Shown here: positions 9,629-19,700 of the stretch, piece by piece
Position numbering within the stretch: the stretch's first letter is position 1
Layout of the letters: each line of letters begins with the position of its first letter
Assembly (NCBI GenBank): GCA_002472275.1
Contig: DKRQ01000019.1
Location: forward strand, 140,279 to 204,278
Reading direction: 5' to 3'
DNA: 64,000 bases
Source: Bacillales bacterium UBA7278
Lineage (GTDB): Bacteria > Bacillota_I > Bacilli_A > RFN20 > CAG-826
Made by a program: the position numbers and the translations under genes
Notes under the pieces: generated by a model
Seen by the model: only the letters and a program-made list of their open reading frames with translations
The model's database searches: none
Told to the model about the DNA's origin: nothing

Positions 9629-10254
9629 TCGCCGATTTCGGAACGGATTCTCTGATTGGCCTCTTCGACCGAAAGGAAGCAAGGGGCGCTTTTCATGCCT
9701 TTGGCCTTTTCGCCGAGGATTTGCTTGTAAAAGCGGAAATAGAGGTCGATGACGTTGAGGAAGAGGAGTTCCGCGATTCTGAGTTGGGGGATGTCCTTTT
9801 CCTGTTCGACCAGAAGGTTCACGAGTTCTTCGATGGTGATGAGGGCGAGCTTGCCATAGTCGTCGTTATAGGCGGTCAAGGCATCGGGTTCGGATTCGCC
9901 GACCCATTTGACGTATTCCCTCAAAGGCGAGGTGCCGAGGCTGAAGTCGTCCCCCGACATCGCTAGGCGCATCGAGGTGGCCTTTGCCGAAAGCTTCTTT
10001 CCAGAATAGGAATTGCCCGCGTCTTCGTAGACGAGTTTGGTGATGTCCGCGCCGGCGTTCTCTTTGGCGAATAGGTTATCGAAAAGGAAGGCGGCCGCGC
10101 CGATGATCAGGCGGGATTCCTCCTCGGTGGTTTGGGTGAGTTGCATGTGGAGCCAAGAACGGCAGGTGTAGTCGAATGTGTCCTTCAGCTCTTCGTAGAA
10201 TTCGGATGCTTGTTTCATGGCAACTATTATCCCGTCCTCAAGGAAGTCCGTCAA
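9625..10254 (-). CDS. hypothetical protein
   Basis: Intact 209-aa ORF; convergent with previous gene, stop codons overlap. Confidence 0.45.
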   Translation of the reverse strand: MTDFLEDGIIVAMKQASEFYEELKDTFDYTCRSWLHMQLTQTTEEESRLIIGAAAFLFDNLFAKENAGADITKLVYEDAGNSYSGKKLSAKATSMRLAMSGDDFSLGTSPLREYVKWVGESEPDALTAYNDDYGKLALITIEELVNLLVEQEKDIPQLRIAELLFLNVIDLYFRFYKQILGEKAKGMKSAPCFLSVEEANQRIRSEIGD

Positions 10255-10285
10255 AGAAAGGCGAACTTGCTGTATATTTTAAGCG

Positions 10286-10792
10286 ATGAAGTACTTCGTT
10301 TTCTCCGATCTTCATGGCTCTTTATCCGGAATGGAGAGGACTTTTGCGGCGATTTCGAAGGAAAAACCCGATGTGGTGGTTTGCCTAGGCGACATCCTTT
10401 ATGGCGCTTTCGACACGAATCAGGCCAAGGTCATTGAACTATTCAAATCGATCAAAGCGCCTATCATCGCGGTCAAAGGCAACTGCGATTATCCAGGCGA
10501 CGAACACGCGCTTGGCTTCGATTTGCCAGAATACTGGTCCTTCGATATCGGCATGCACACGGTCCATCTTAGCCATCGGCCGAGCTATCTTGCCTTCCCG
10601 CCGGGAGACGCGACTATATGCGGCCACACCCATATCAAAACCCTTTATCGCGAAGGCGGGGTCATCCACGGCAATCCCGGCTCCGTTTCTAGGCCTAGGG
10701 ACGACGGCCCTAGCTATATGATCATCGAGGATGGCGTCTTTTCCCTCGTGGATTTGGATAGCGGGGAAACCCTCCGTTCCTTGACTTGGTGA
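10286..10792 (+). CDS. metallophosphoesterase (YfcE/MJ0936-type phosphodiesterase)
   Basis: FSDLHGS, VVCLGDILYG, GNCDYPG, GHTHI calcineurin-like motifs. Confidence 0.8.
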   Translation: MKYFVFSDLHGSLSGMERTFAAISKEKPDVVVCLGDILYGAFDTNQAKVIELFKSIKAPIIAVKGNCDYPGDEHALGFDLPEYWSFDIGMHTVHLSHRPSYLAFPPGDATICGHTHIKTLYREGGVIHGNPGSVSRPRDDGPSYMIIEDGVFSLVDLDSGETLRSLTW

Positions 10793-11305
10793 TCAGGAAT
10801 CGAACGAACCGATTCCGGCTACGAAAGCGCCGCCTCCGAAAACCAAACCCGAAAGCATAAAAACGAAGAATAGGGGGATGGGATAGCCTGCGAATTGTTT
10901 CGCGAGCTCACCCATGCCAACGCAAAGCAAGACGACGCCGGCGACGGCCCAAATGGCCAAAGCGGCGCCCGCGGCGACGAATAACGCGTCATAGATACGA
11001 ACGAGGACGGCGAAGAACCCTTCCATGCGGTAGCCTCTTTTCTTCCGCAAAAAGAAGAACAGCAAGGAAAGCAAGGCAACCGCGGCAAAGCCGACGATAA
11101 CCCAAATGAGGTGTTCGGAGAATAGAAGCTCCATTCCGACTGGCAATTGCTTGCCGGTCAGGAAGCTTTGGTTGTCGTTGATGATCGAACGGGAAATGAG
11201 CCACGGGATCAGCATGACGATCAAGCCAAGGAAAAGAATCCCACCTCCGATCGGCATCAAAATGGCGAATTCCTTTTTCTCCCGGAAGTCATGACGATAA
11301 CGCAT
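10793..11305 (-). CDS. hypothetical integral membrane protein
   Basis: 4-5 predicted TM helices, no motif. Confidence 0.5.
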   Translation of the reverse strand: MRYRHDFREKKEFAILMPIGGGILFLGLIVMLIPWLISRSIINDNQSFLTGKQLPVGMELLFSEHLIWVIVGFAAVALLSLLFFFLRKKRGYRMEGFFAVLVRIYDALFVAAGAALAIWAVAGVVLLCVGMGELAKQFAGYPIPLFFVFMLSGLVFGGGAFVAGIGSFDS

Positions 11306-11356
11306 ATCTATTCCCCCTGGTTATGAAAAAGGTAACACAGCGAATTGGCTGTTGCA

Positions 11357-11378
11357 TATATGAAAAACTATTCATATA
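11357..11378 (+). promoter_or_regulatory. CzrA/CadC-type operator overlapping -10 of the metal-efflux operon
   Basis: TATATGAA-aaacta-TTCATATA 8-bp inverted repeat resembling the S. aureus czr operator TATATGAACAAATATTCA; TATAAT at 11375-11380; second half-site ATGAATCAGCGTTCAT at 11391-11409. Confidence 0.5.
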
Positions 11379-11422
11379 ATAACGGCGGAACATGAATCAG
11401 CGTTCATATAAGGAGACCGTTT

Positions 11423-11719
11423 ATGCCCAATATGCCTTCCGAAGTGATCCTCGACGAAATGGAGAACCTTCTTAACATTGCCTCCGACTTCACGAGGCTC
11501 AAGATCATGTACGCGATTTCCGAACGTGAGAAATCCGTTTCCGACATCGTGGAAGAAGTGGGGGCATCCCAATCCTTGGTCTCCCATCAGCTCAAGGTTT
11601 TGAGAAAAGCGAACCTCGTCTCCACCAGGAAAGAAGGGACCCGCGTCTATTACGCGCTGGCCGACGATCACGTCATCGCCCTTTTGAACGTCGTTTACGA
11701 ACACGTTACCGAGGAGTGA
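11423..11719 (+). CDS. ArsR/SmtB-family metalloregulator (CzrA/CadC-like)
   Basis: Winged-HTH LKIMYAISEREKSVSDIVEEVGASQSLVSHQLKVLRKANLV; AGGAGA RBS; overlaps ATPase start by 4 nt. Confidence 0.85.
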   Translation: MPNMPSEVILDEMENLLNIASDFTRLKIMYAISEREKSVSDIVEEVGASQSLVSHQLKVLRKANLVSTRKEGTRVYYALADDHVIALLNVVYEHVTEE

Positions 11720-13686
11720 ACATGGGTTGCTGCTGCCACGAAGGACATTGTGAGTGTGAAGAGGAGGAGAAACGCCTCCCCCTTATCATTCGTTGCGCCA
11801 TTTCCCTGGTTTTAGCTTTGCTAGGGAGGTTCCTTTTCTCAGAAGGCAACCTCGTTAGCTGGGGATTAAGCGAAACCGGAGCTTTGCTCGTCAATCTGGG
11901 CATTATGGCCGTGGCTTATCTAGTGGTCGCCTATGACGTCATCGTCGAAGCGGTCAAAGGAATCTTCAAAGAACACGACTTTTTCAATGAAAGAATCCTG
12001 ATGGTCCTAGCTTCCGTCGGGGCTTTCGCCCTGAGGGCGTTTGGCCCTGAGAGCAACGAGTTCCTTGAAGCGGTCCTCATCGTTTTCCTCTATCAAATCG
12101 GGGAGATGCTCGAGGACTATGCTTCGGACAAATCAAGGGATTCGATTCTAGCCTCGATCGACGTCAGGAAAGAGGTGTGCCTCGTTGAAACCCAAGGTGG
12201 GCTAGTAGAAAGAAAGCCCGAGGAACTAAGAATCGGCGACGTCTGCGTCTATGGCGTGGGAAAGAAACTGCTTTGCGATGGCGAGGTCATCGAAGGCGAG
12301 TGTTTGGTGGATGAATCCTCCTTGACGGGCGAGGCCATGCCTGTCGGTAAAAAAGTAGGGGATTCGGTCCGCTCGCTGACCCTAGTCAAAGAGGGTTCCG
12401 TCAAGGTCAAAGTAAGCAAGGAATACGAGGATTCCACCGCAGCCAAGATGCTGGAACTCATCGAGGAGTCAGGTGAGAAAAAGAGCAGGGTAAATCGCTT
12501 CATCGACTCGTTCGCGAAGGTCTATACGCCGATTGTTTTTCTTCTGGCGATACTGGTCTCCGTCTTGCCTCCTCTATTCCTAGGAATCGGGGATTCGGCG
12601 GTCTGGTCCAAATGGGTTTACGTGGGTCTATCCTTCCTCGTCGTTTCCTGCCCCTGCGCGATTGTCATATCGATTCCGTTAGCCTATTTCGCGGGTTTGG
12701 GGCTTGCCTCAAAAAACGGCATTTTGATCAAAGGAGCGGTGCATTTAGACTCGTTAATCTCCGTAAAAACCGCCTGTTTTGATAAAACCGGCACCTTGAC
12801 GACGGGCGATTTCTCTTTGTCGAAAAAGCGTTCTTCCGCGATTTCCGAAGACAGGTTCAACGAGTATCTTTGTGCCTGCGAATCCAGGAGCACGCACCCC
12901 TTAGGCAAGACGATCGTGGCCTCAATCGGCGCACCGTTCGAGGAAGAGAAAATCAGCTCTTATTTCGAGGTCGCGGGATCTGGTGTCCGCACCGTTTACG
13001 ATGGCCACGAACTGAAGGTTGGAAAAGCGGAGTTTTTAGGGGCGACCATCCCTTCAGAATATGTGTCCGAGCAGGGCACGAGCGTGTTCCTTTCCGTCGA
13101 TGGCGAGTGCGTTGGCGCGGTCACCCTCATGGACACGCCTAGAAAAGAAGTCGCCTCGTTCCTAGACAAAGCCAAAGCCCTCCGCATCAAGACCGTTTTG
13201 CTTTCGGGGGACAAGAAGGAAAACGTCTTGGCCCTTGGCGAATCTTTAGGCATTGAAAAGAGCCTCGGCGGACTTTCGCCCAAAGACAAAGTGGACGCCC
13301 TCGAAAAGGAAATCGCCCAAGCCCCGACTTTGTTCATTGGCGATGGCATCAACGACGCCGCCTCGATTCGCTTGGCTGATGTCGGCGTCGCGATGGGAGG
13401 GGTAGGAAGCGATTTGGCCCTTGAATGCGCGGACCTTGTTTTGGTCAATGACGATATCTCCAAGGCCATGACAGCGGTTCAAATCGCCAAAAAGACCAGA
13501 AGGAGGGCGATCTTCAACATCGTTTTCTCCATCGCGGTCAAAGCGGGAATCATGGTCGCTTCCTTAATCGGCGCCCTCACGGCCTCCTTTGCCTTGCCTC
13601 TATGGGTCGCGGCGATCGGCGATACCGGCGTTGCCCTTGTCTGCATCTTGTCCTCGTTCCTGATTGCAAAGGCCAAGATTGAATAG
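11716..13686 (+). CDS. heavy-metal (Zn/Cd/Co-type) P1B-ATPase
   Basis: CPC (SCPCAIV), DKTGTLT, GDGINDA motifs; Cys/His/Glu-rich N-terminus MGCCCHEGHCECEEEE instead of an HMA domain. Confidence 0.9.
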   Translation: MNMGCCCHEGHCECEEEEKRLPLIIRCAISLVLALLGRFLFSEGNLVSWGLSETGALLVNLGIMAVAYLVVAYDVIVEAVKGIFKEHDFFNERILMVLASVGAFALRAFGPESNEFLEAVLIVFLYQIGEMLEDYASDKSRDSILASIDVRKEVCLVETQGGLVERKPEELRIGDVCVYGVGKKLLCDGEVIEGECLVDESSLTGEAMPVGKKVGDSVRSLTLVKEGSVKVKVSKEYEDSTAAKMLELIEESGEKKSRVNRFIDSFAKVYTPIVFLLAILVSVLPPLFLGIGDSAVWSKWVYVGLSFLVVSCPCAIVISIPLAYFAGLGLASKNGILIKGAVHLDSLISVKTACFDKTGTLTTGDFSLSKKRSSAISEDRFNEYLCACESRSTHPLGKTIVASIGAPFEEEKISSYFEVAGSGVRTVYDGHELKVGKAEFLGATIPSEYVSEQGTSVFLSVDGECVGAVTLMDTPRKEVASFLDKAKALRIKTVLLSGDKKENVLALGESLGIEKSLGGLSPKDKVDALEKEIAQAPTLFIGDGINDAASIRLADVGVAMGGVGSDLALECADLVLVNDDISKAMTAVQIAKKTRRRAIFNIVFSIAVKAGIMVASLIGALTASFALPLWVAAIGDTGVALVCILSSFLIAKAKIE

Positions 13687-13726
13687 GCGAAACCGCGGCG
13701 ATTTTTATATGTGCGCACGATTTTTC

Positions 13727-13755
13727 TTGACGTGCCTCTCTCACACGTATATCAT
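13727..13755 (+). promoter_or_regulatory. putative promoter of rplK-rplA
   Basis: TTGACG, 17 nt, TATCAT ~95 nt upstream of rplK. Confidence 0.45.
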
Positions 13756-13850
13756 ACGCACTGCGCACATTCAGCGCGATTGCGTGGGAGGACCTTGACG
13801 AGGGTCCGGACGAACCACTGCATGAAACATTCCAAAAAGGAGGAATTTCC

Positions 13851-14261
13851 ATGAGAAAGAAGATTACCAAAGTCGTCAAAATGGAACTCCCGGGCGGCGA
13901 CGCCCATCCGGGACCGAAGCTGGCTTCCGCCGGCGTCAACATGGCCAAATTCTGCACCGACTTCAACGCGAAGACCGGTGACAGGAGGGGCCAAGTCGTT
14001 CCAGTCATCATCACGGCCTATGAGGACAAGTCCTACGACTTCGTCATCAAGACCACCCCGGTTGCTCCGTTGCTTCTAAAGGCCGCGGGCATCGAAAAAG
14101 GATCCGGCAACTCGAAGAAGATCGTTGGACACATCTCTGACGCTCAGCTCACCGAGATCGCCCAGTACAAGCTCCCTGACCTCAACACCGAGGACATCGA
14201 AGCCGCGAAAAAGGTCATCGCCGGTACCTGCAAGCAGATGGGCATCGCCATCGACAAATAA
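13851..14261 (+). CDS. rplK: 50S ribosomal protein L11
   Basis: PGPKLASAGVNMAKFCTDFNAKT L11 core; GGAGGA RBS. Confidence 0.9.
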   Translation: MRKKITKVVKMELPGGDAHPGPKLASAGVNMAKFCTDFNAKTGDRRGQVVPVIITAYEDKSYDFVIKTTPVAPLLLKAAGIEKGSGNSKKIVGHISDAQLTEIAQYKLPDLNTEDIEAAKKVIAGTCKQMGIAIDK

Positions 14262-14276
14262 GGAGGTTAGCGAATC

Positions 14277-14969
14277 ATGAAAAAAGTTTCCAAGAAATAC
14301 GCGGCCGCCGTTAAGAAAGTCGATGCGACCAAGCTCTACACCCTCGAGGAGGCCGTCTCCCTCGTCAAAGAGACCTCCGTCACCAAGTTCGACGCTTCTG
14401 TTGACATCTCGTTCAACCTCAACGTCAACCCCACCCTCGCCGATCAACTCATCCGCGGCACCATCACCCTTCCCCACGGCAACGGCAAGACCAAGAAGGT
14501 CCTCGTCGTCACCAACACGAAGCTAGATGACGCCAAAGAGTCCGGCGCCGACTTCTTCGGCGGCAAGGACATGCTCGAGAAGATCCAGCGCGAGAACTGG
14601 TTCGACTTCGACATCATCGTCGCCACTCCCGACATGATGGGCGAACTCGGCAAAATGGGCCGTGTCCTCGGCCCCAAAGGCTTGATGCCTAACCCCAAGA
14701 CCGGCACCGTCACCATGGACGTCAAAACCGCCGTCAAGGAAATCAAGGCTGGCAAGGTCGCCTACCGCGTCGACCGCGATGGCAACCTCTCCATGGGCAT
14801 CGGAAGGGTTTCCTTCTCCGAAGCCGACCTACTCGACAATCTCAAGGCCATCACCGACCAGATCGTCAAATCCCGTCCCTCTACCGTCAAGGGCACCTTC
14901 ATCAAGAACGCTGCCATTGCCTCTACCATGGGACCCGCCGTCCACATCACCTTCGCTGGACGCAACTAA
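14277..14969 (+). CDS. rplA: 50S ribosomal protein L1
   Basis: L1 family, 230 aa, AAGGAGG RBS. Confidence 0.95.
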   Translation: MKKVSKKYAAAVKKVDATKLYTLEEAVSLVKETSVTKFDASVDISFNLNVNPTLADQLIRGTITLPHGNGKTKKVLVVTNTKLDDAKESGADFFGGKDMLEKIQRENWFDFDIIVATPDMMGELGKMGRVLGPKGLMPNPKTGTVTMDVKTAVKEIKAGKVAYRVDRDGNLSMGIGRVSFSEADLLDNLKAITDQIVKSRPSTVKGTFIKNAAIASTMGPAVHITFAGRN

Positions 14970-15110
14970 TCACCATTGGTGAATCGCTTCATATTCCTAA
15001 GATAGCCGGGGGCAAGTGCCTTAATAGATACACCCTGCTGAGGTAACAAACATTCACACTTCACTAGTTATATCGAAGCATCACATATACACAGAAAGGA
15101 GGTACATACC

Positions 15111-15620
15111 ATGAACCAGCAAGTTCTCGAAGCTAAGAAGGAATTGGTCAAACAGATTGGCGAAAGCATCTCTAAAGCCGGCTCCCTCACGGTCGTCTCC
15201 TACCAAGGTCTCACCGTCGCCGAAACCCAGGAACTCCGCAGGACCCTCGAAAAGGCCGACTCCACGTTCACCGTTTACAAAAACACCCTCGTGCGCCGCG
15301 CTCTTGAAGAAGGCAAGCATCCGGATCTAGGCGAATTGCTCAATGGTGCCAACGGATTCGTCTTCTCCACCGAAGTCTCCGCCGGCCCCAAGGCGCTTGT
15401 CAAATTCGCCCGTACCCACGAAGCCCTCGTCCTCAAAGGCGGTCTCGTGGAAGGCAAGGTCCTCGACGCCCAAGGCATCAAGGACGTGAGCAAGCTCCCG
15501 GACAAAAACGGCCTCATCGCTATGTTCCTATCGTGCCTCAACGCACCCATCACCAAGTTCGCCGCCACCGTCAAGGCCATCGCGGACAAAGCCCCGGCTG
15601 CCCAGCCGGCTGCCAACTGA
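15111..15620 (+). CDS. rplJ: 50S ribosomal protein L10
   Basis: L10 family; preceded by ~140-nt leader typical of rplJL. Confidence 0.95.
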   Translation: MNQQVLEAKKELVKQIGESISKAGSLTVVSYQGLTVAETQELRRTLEKADSTFTVYKNTLVRRALEEGKHPDLGELLNGANGFVFSTEVSAGPKALVKFARTHEALVLKGGLVEGKVLDAQGIKDVSKLPDKNGLIAMFLSCLNAPITKFAATVKAIADKAPAAQPAAN

Positions 15621-15641
15621 TCAATTAAGGAGGATCAAACA

Positions 15642-16028
15642 ATGGCTAAACTCACCAACGAAGAGATCATCGCCTCCCTTAAGGAGATGACCATCATCGA
15701 GCTCTCTGAGCTCGTCAAGGCCGTCGAGGCCGAATTCGGCGTCACCGCCGCCGTCGCCGCCGCTGGCCCGGCCGCCGCTCCCGCCGAGGACGAAGCCCCC
15801 GTCGATAAGGGACCCTCTGAAGTCTCCCTCATCCTCAAGGGTCTTGGCACCGGCTCCAAGGTCGCCATCATCAAAGCCGTCCAGGCCATCACCGGCCTTG
15901 GCTTGATGGATGCCAAGAAGCTCGTCGACGCCTGCCCCGCTCCCGTCAAAGAGCACATCAGCCCCGTCGAAGCCGAAGAACACAAGAAGGCTCTCGTCGC
16001 CGCCGGCGCCGAAGTCGAGATCAAGTAA
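15642..16028 (+). CDS. rplL: 50S ribosomal protein L7/L12
   Basis: [34 protein letters not shown]...EVEIK. Confidence 0.95.
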   Translation: MAKLTNEEIIASLKEMTIIELSELVKAVEAEFGVTAAVAAAGPAAAPAEDEAPVDKGPSEVSLILKGLGTGSKVAIIKAVQAITGLGLMDAKKLVDACPAPVKEHISPVEAEEHKKALVAAGAEVEIK

Positions 16029-16050
16029 TCTCACTCAAATCGCTTCTCTT

Positions 16051-16082
16051 CCCGCCCTGGGTTTTTCCTGGGGCGGGGTTTG
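16051..16082 (+). terminator. hairpin/attenuator between rplL and downstream genes
   Basis: CCCGCCC...GGGCGGG stem followed by GTTTG; analogous to the partial terminator between rplL and rpoB in other bacteria. Confidence 0.4.
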
Positions 16083-16107
16083 CTCGCTTATAGGAGGGTA
16101 GAAATCC

Positions 16108-16704
16108 ATGGGCCAATACTTCGATAACGACGAGACTTTGCCTCACGAAGACATCGTCTACTCGTTCTCGGTCCTAGGCAAAAACTACACCTTCGTAAGC
16201 GATGCAGGGGTCTTCTCCAAAGATGGCCTCGACGATGGTAGCAGATTGCTGCTTGAAACCATCGCCAAGACCGACCTTGGGAGAAACATACTCGACCTGG
16301 GTTGTGGCATTGGGCCGATTGGCCTCGTGCTCGCCGACGTTGATAGCAGTAGGGAGGTAACTCTCTCCGATGTCAACGAACGCGCCCTGGAATGCTGCAG
16401 GAAAAACGCCTCGAACCTCGGGCTGCAGTCTCGGGTCTCCATCCTACAATCCGATGTTTACGACAACATCACCGCATCCTTCTCCACAATCGTAACCAAT
16501 CCGCCCATTCGCGCGGGAAAGAAGGTTACGTACGCGATGTACGCGGGCGCGGTCAGCCATCTTAATGAAGGTGGCTCGCTGATCCTAGTCATCCGAAAGC
16601 AGCAGGGGGCCGCCTCCTGCCAGGACTACCTAAAGACCCTCTTCCAGAAGGTCGAATGCGTGGCCCAACACAAGGGATATCGCATCCTCATCGCGACAAA
16701 ATAA
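16108..16704 (+). CDS. class I SAM-dependent rRNA methyltransferase (RsmC/YbxB-like)
   Basis: LDLGCGIGPIGLVLA SAM motif and TNPPIRAGK (NPPF-type) motif; rplL-MTase-rpoB synteny as B. subtilis ybxB. Confidence 0.8.
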   Translation: MGQYFDNDETLPHEDIVYSFSVLGKNYTFVSDAGVFSKDGLDDGSRLLLETIAKTDLGRNILDLGCGIGPIGLVLADVDSSREVTLSDVNERALECCRKNASNLGLQSRVSILQSDVYDNITASFSTIVTNPPIRAGKKVTYAMYAGAVSHLNEGGSLILVIRKQQGAASCQDYLKTLFQKVECVAQHKGYRILIATK

Positions 16705-16714
16705 GGAGTCAACC

Positions 16715-19700
16715 ATGCCTCAAGAAGACAATTTCATCCCCATGACCGACTATAAGGATCCTAACGGCAAACCTTATCCTGTTGGCATCAACGGCCGTAT
16801 CGACTTCTCCAAGATCTCCGGCCATCTGGATCTTCCCTACATGATCGAGATCCAAATCGAATCGTATAAGTGGTTCCTCGAAAAAGGCATCGACGAAGTC
16901 CTCCGCGAGGTCTTCCCGATCGCCAACTACTCCCAGACCCTCTTCATCGATTACGTTTCCTGCCGTTTGGAGGAACCAAAATACACTCCTTTGGAGTGTA
17001 AAGAAGGTGACTTGAATTATTCAAGCAAACTCAAGGCCACCCTTCGCCTCCGCTTTAAGAACTCTGGCGAAATCAAGGAAGCCGAGGTCTTCATGGGCGA
17101 TTTGCCCAGAATGACCGACTCCGGCACCTTCATTTTTAACGGTGCAGAAAGGGTCATCGTCTCCCAGATCGTCCGTTCTCCGGGCGCTTACTTCCAAGAC
17201 ACCTTGGATAAGTCCGGCGAGCACATCTATAACGGCGAGATCATCCCCACCCGCGGCACCTGGCTCCAGTTCGAGTCCGACACCAAGCACATCCTCTACG
17301 TCCGCATCGACCGTCAGAGGAAGATGCCCGCGACCACCTTCTTCAAGGCCCTCGGCATTGAATCCGACAAGGTCTTGGTCGATCTTTTCGGCGAACAGGT
17401 CGAATCCACGATCAAGAAGGACGAGGAGAACCTCAACAAGCTCCGCAGCTACATCGAGCAGATCATGCCCGCCCTCAAGAAGGACGAGACCGTCTCCGAT
17501 GGCACCGTCGCCCTCACCGACATCTTCAGGAAACTGAAGCCCGGCGAACCCGTCACCCCCGATGGCATCATCACCTTCCTCGTCCAGAAGTTCTTCGACG
17601 ACAAGAGGTATGACCTCGGCAGGGCCGGCCGTTTCAAATACACCCAGAAGCTTGGCATCTACGATCGTTTGGTCGGCCGCGTCCTCGCGGAAGACTTGGT
17701 CTCCGCCGATGGCGAAATCCGTTTCCAGAAGGACCATGTCCTCTCTAAAGAGGACGTCAAAGCCCTCCGTGACGAGGAATTCTTCGAAGCCGGCGCCCAC
17801 CAGAAGACCATCAAGATCAACTCCAAGCTCGACATGGTCATCGGCGAAGACGGCAAACCCATGCCCTATCCTTGCCGTGTCAACATCGTCAAGGTCTACG
17901 CCAATGACAAGAAGGGCGCCAAGAAGTGCGCGATCGTCGGCAACGACATCAACTGCCCGCTTTCCCGCGTCACCGTGTCCGACATGGTCGCTTGCTTCTC
18001 CTATTTCTGCAACATCATGGACGGCATCGGCCAGACCGACGACATCGACCACCTCGGCAATCGTCGCATCCGCTGCGTCGGCGAGCTTCTCCAGACCCAG
18101 TTCCGCATCGGCCTCACCAAGATGAGCAAGACGGTTCAGCAGAAGATGTCCATCTCCGACCTCGAATCGGTGACCCCGCAGCTTCTGGTCAATACCCGTC
18201 CCCTCACCTCCTCCATCCGCGAGTTCTTCGCGACCAGCCAGCTCTCGCAGTTCATGGACCAGGTGAACCCCCTCGCCGAACTCACCAACAAGCGCCGTAT
18301 CTCCGCGCTAGGCCCCGGCGGTCTAACCCGCGACCGCGCTTCCATGGAAGTCCGCGACGTCCACTATACCCACTATGGCCGTATCTGCCCGATCGAATCT
18401 CCTGAAGGCCAGAACATCGGTCTAATCAACAACCTTTGCACCTACGCGAAGGTGAATCCTTATGGATTCATCATGACCCCGTACCGCCTTGTTTATAACA
18501 TCGGTGGCAAGACCTACGTCTCCGAGACGAGGACCGAATACCTCTCCGCCGACGACGAAAGGGGCCATTACATCGCCGAAGCCAACATCAGCCTTGGCGA
18601 ACCCATCAAGCTTTGCACCCTCGATCCGAAGGCCGACCCCGAGGAGATCGTCAAAGAGGTCCTCGACCGCGAAATCGTCACCCGTCACGATGACGACAAC
18701 GTCATGGTCGCCAAGGAACTCATCGACTATGTCGACGTCTCTCCGAAGCAGGTCGTCTCCATCGCCGCGGCTTGCATTCCCTTCCTCGCCCACGACGACG
18801 CGACCCGTGCTCTTATGGGCGCGAACATGCAACGTCAGGCCCTTCCGCTTCTTCGTCCCTCGATCCCCTATGTCGGCACCGGCATGGAGCAGATCATCGC
18901 CAAGGACTCCGGTTTGGCCGTCGTCGCTTCCGCCGACGGTATCGTCAAGACGGTCGATTCCTCGACCATCACGGTCCGCGAGGGCAAGGACAACCACGTC
19001 TATCACCTGCAGAAGTTCCATCGTTCCAACCAGGGAACCTGCATCAACCACACCCCGATCGTGAAGCCCGGGGACGAAATCAAAGCCGGCCAGATCATCG
19101 CCGACGGTCCCGCCATGCGCAATGGCGAGCTTGCCCTTGGGCAAAACGTCCTCATCGCCTACATGACCTGGAACGGTTATAACTACGAAGACGCCGTCAT
19201 CATGTCCGAGAGGATGGTCAAAGACGACGTGTTCACCTCCATCCACATCGAGAAATACGAGTGCGAATGCCGCGAGACCAAGCTCGGTCCCGAGGAAATC
19301 ACCCGTGATATCCCCAACGTTGGCGAAGACGCCAAGGCCTTCCTCGACGAGAACGGCATCATTGTGCCGGGCGCCGAGGTCAAAGAAGGCGACATCCTCG
19401 TCGGCAAAGTGACCCCGAAGGGCCAGACCGAACCCACCCCTGAGGAGAAACTCCTCATGGCCATCTTCGCCGAAAAGGCGAAAGAGGGTAAGGACAGCTC
19501 CCTCCGCGTCCCCCATGGCGGCGCTGGCATCGTCCACGCGGTCAAGATCTTCTCCCGCAAGAAGAAAGATCCGCTCCCGCCTGGCGTCAACATGGTCATC
19601 CACGTTTACATCGTCCAGAAGAGGAAGATCTCCGAAGGCGACAAGATGTCCGGCCGTCACGGCAACAAGGGCGTCATCTCCAAGATCCTACCGATCGAGG

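Noticed and set aside
13687-13726. Terminator after the P-type ATPase gene (CCGCGG and GTGCGCAC palindromes followed by T-runs)
   Set aside because: Palindromes are self-complementary without loops (6-8 nt), so they cannot form a stable terminator hairpin
17021-18052. 343-aa minus-strand ORF (and similar ones at 18422-19660, 19712-20314, 21690-22718, 22764-24392) inside rpoB/rpoC
   Set aside because: Antisense to highly conserved RNAP genes, Gly/Asp/Val-rich with no motifs; typical stop-poor antisense frames of high-GC coding DNA
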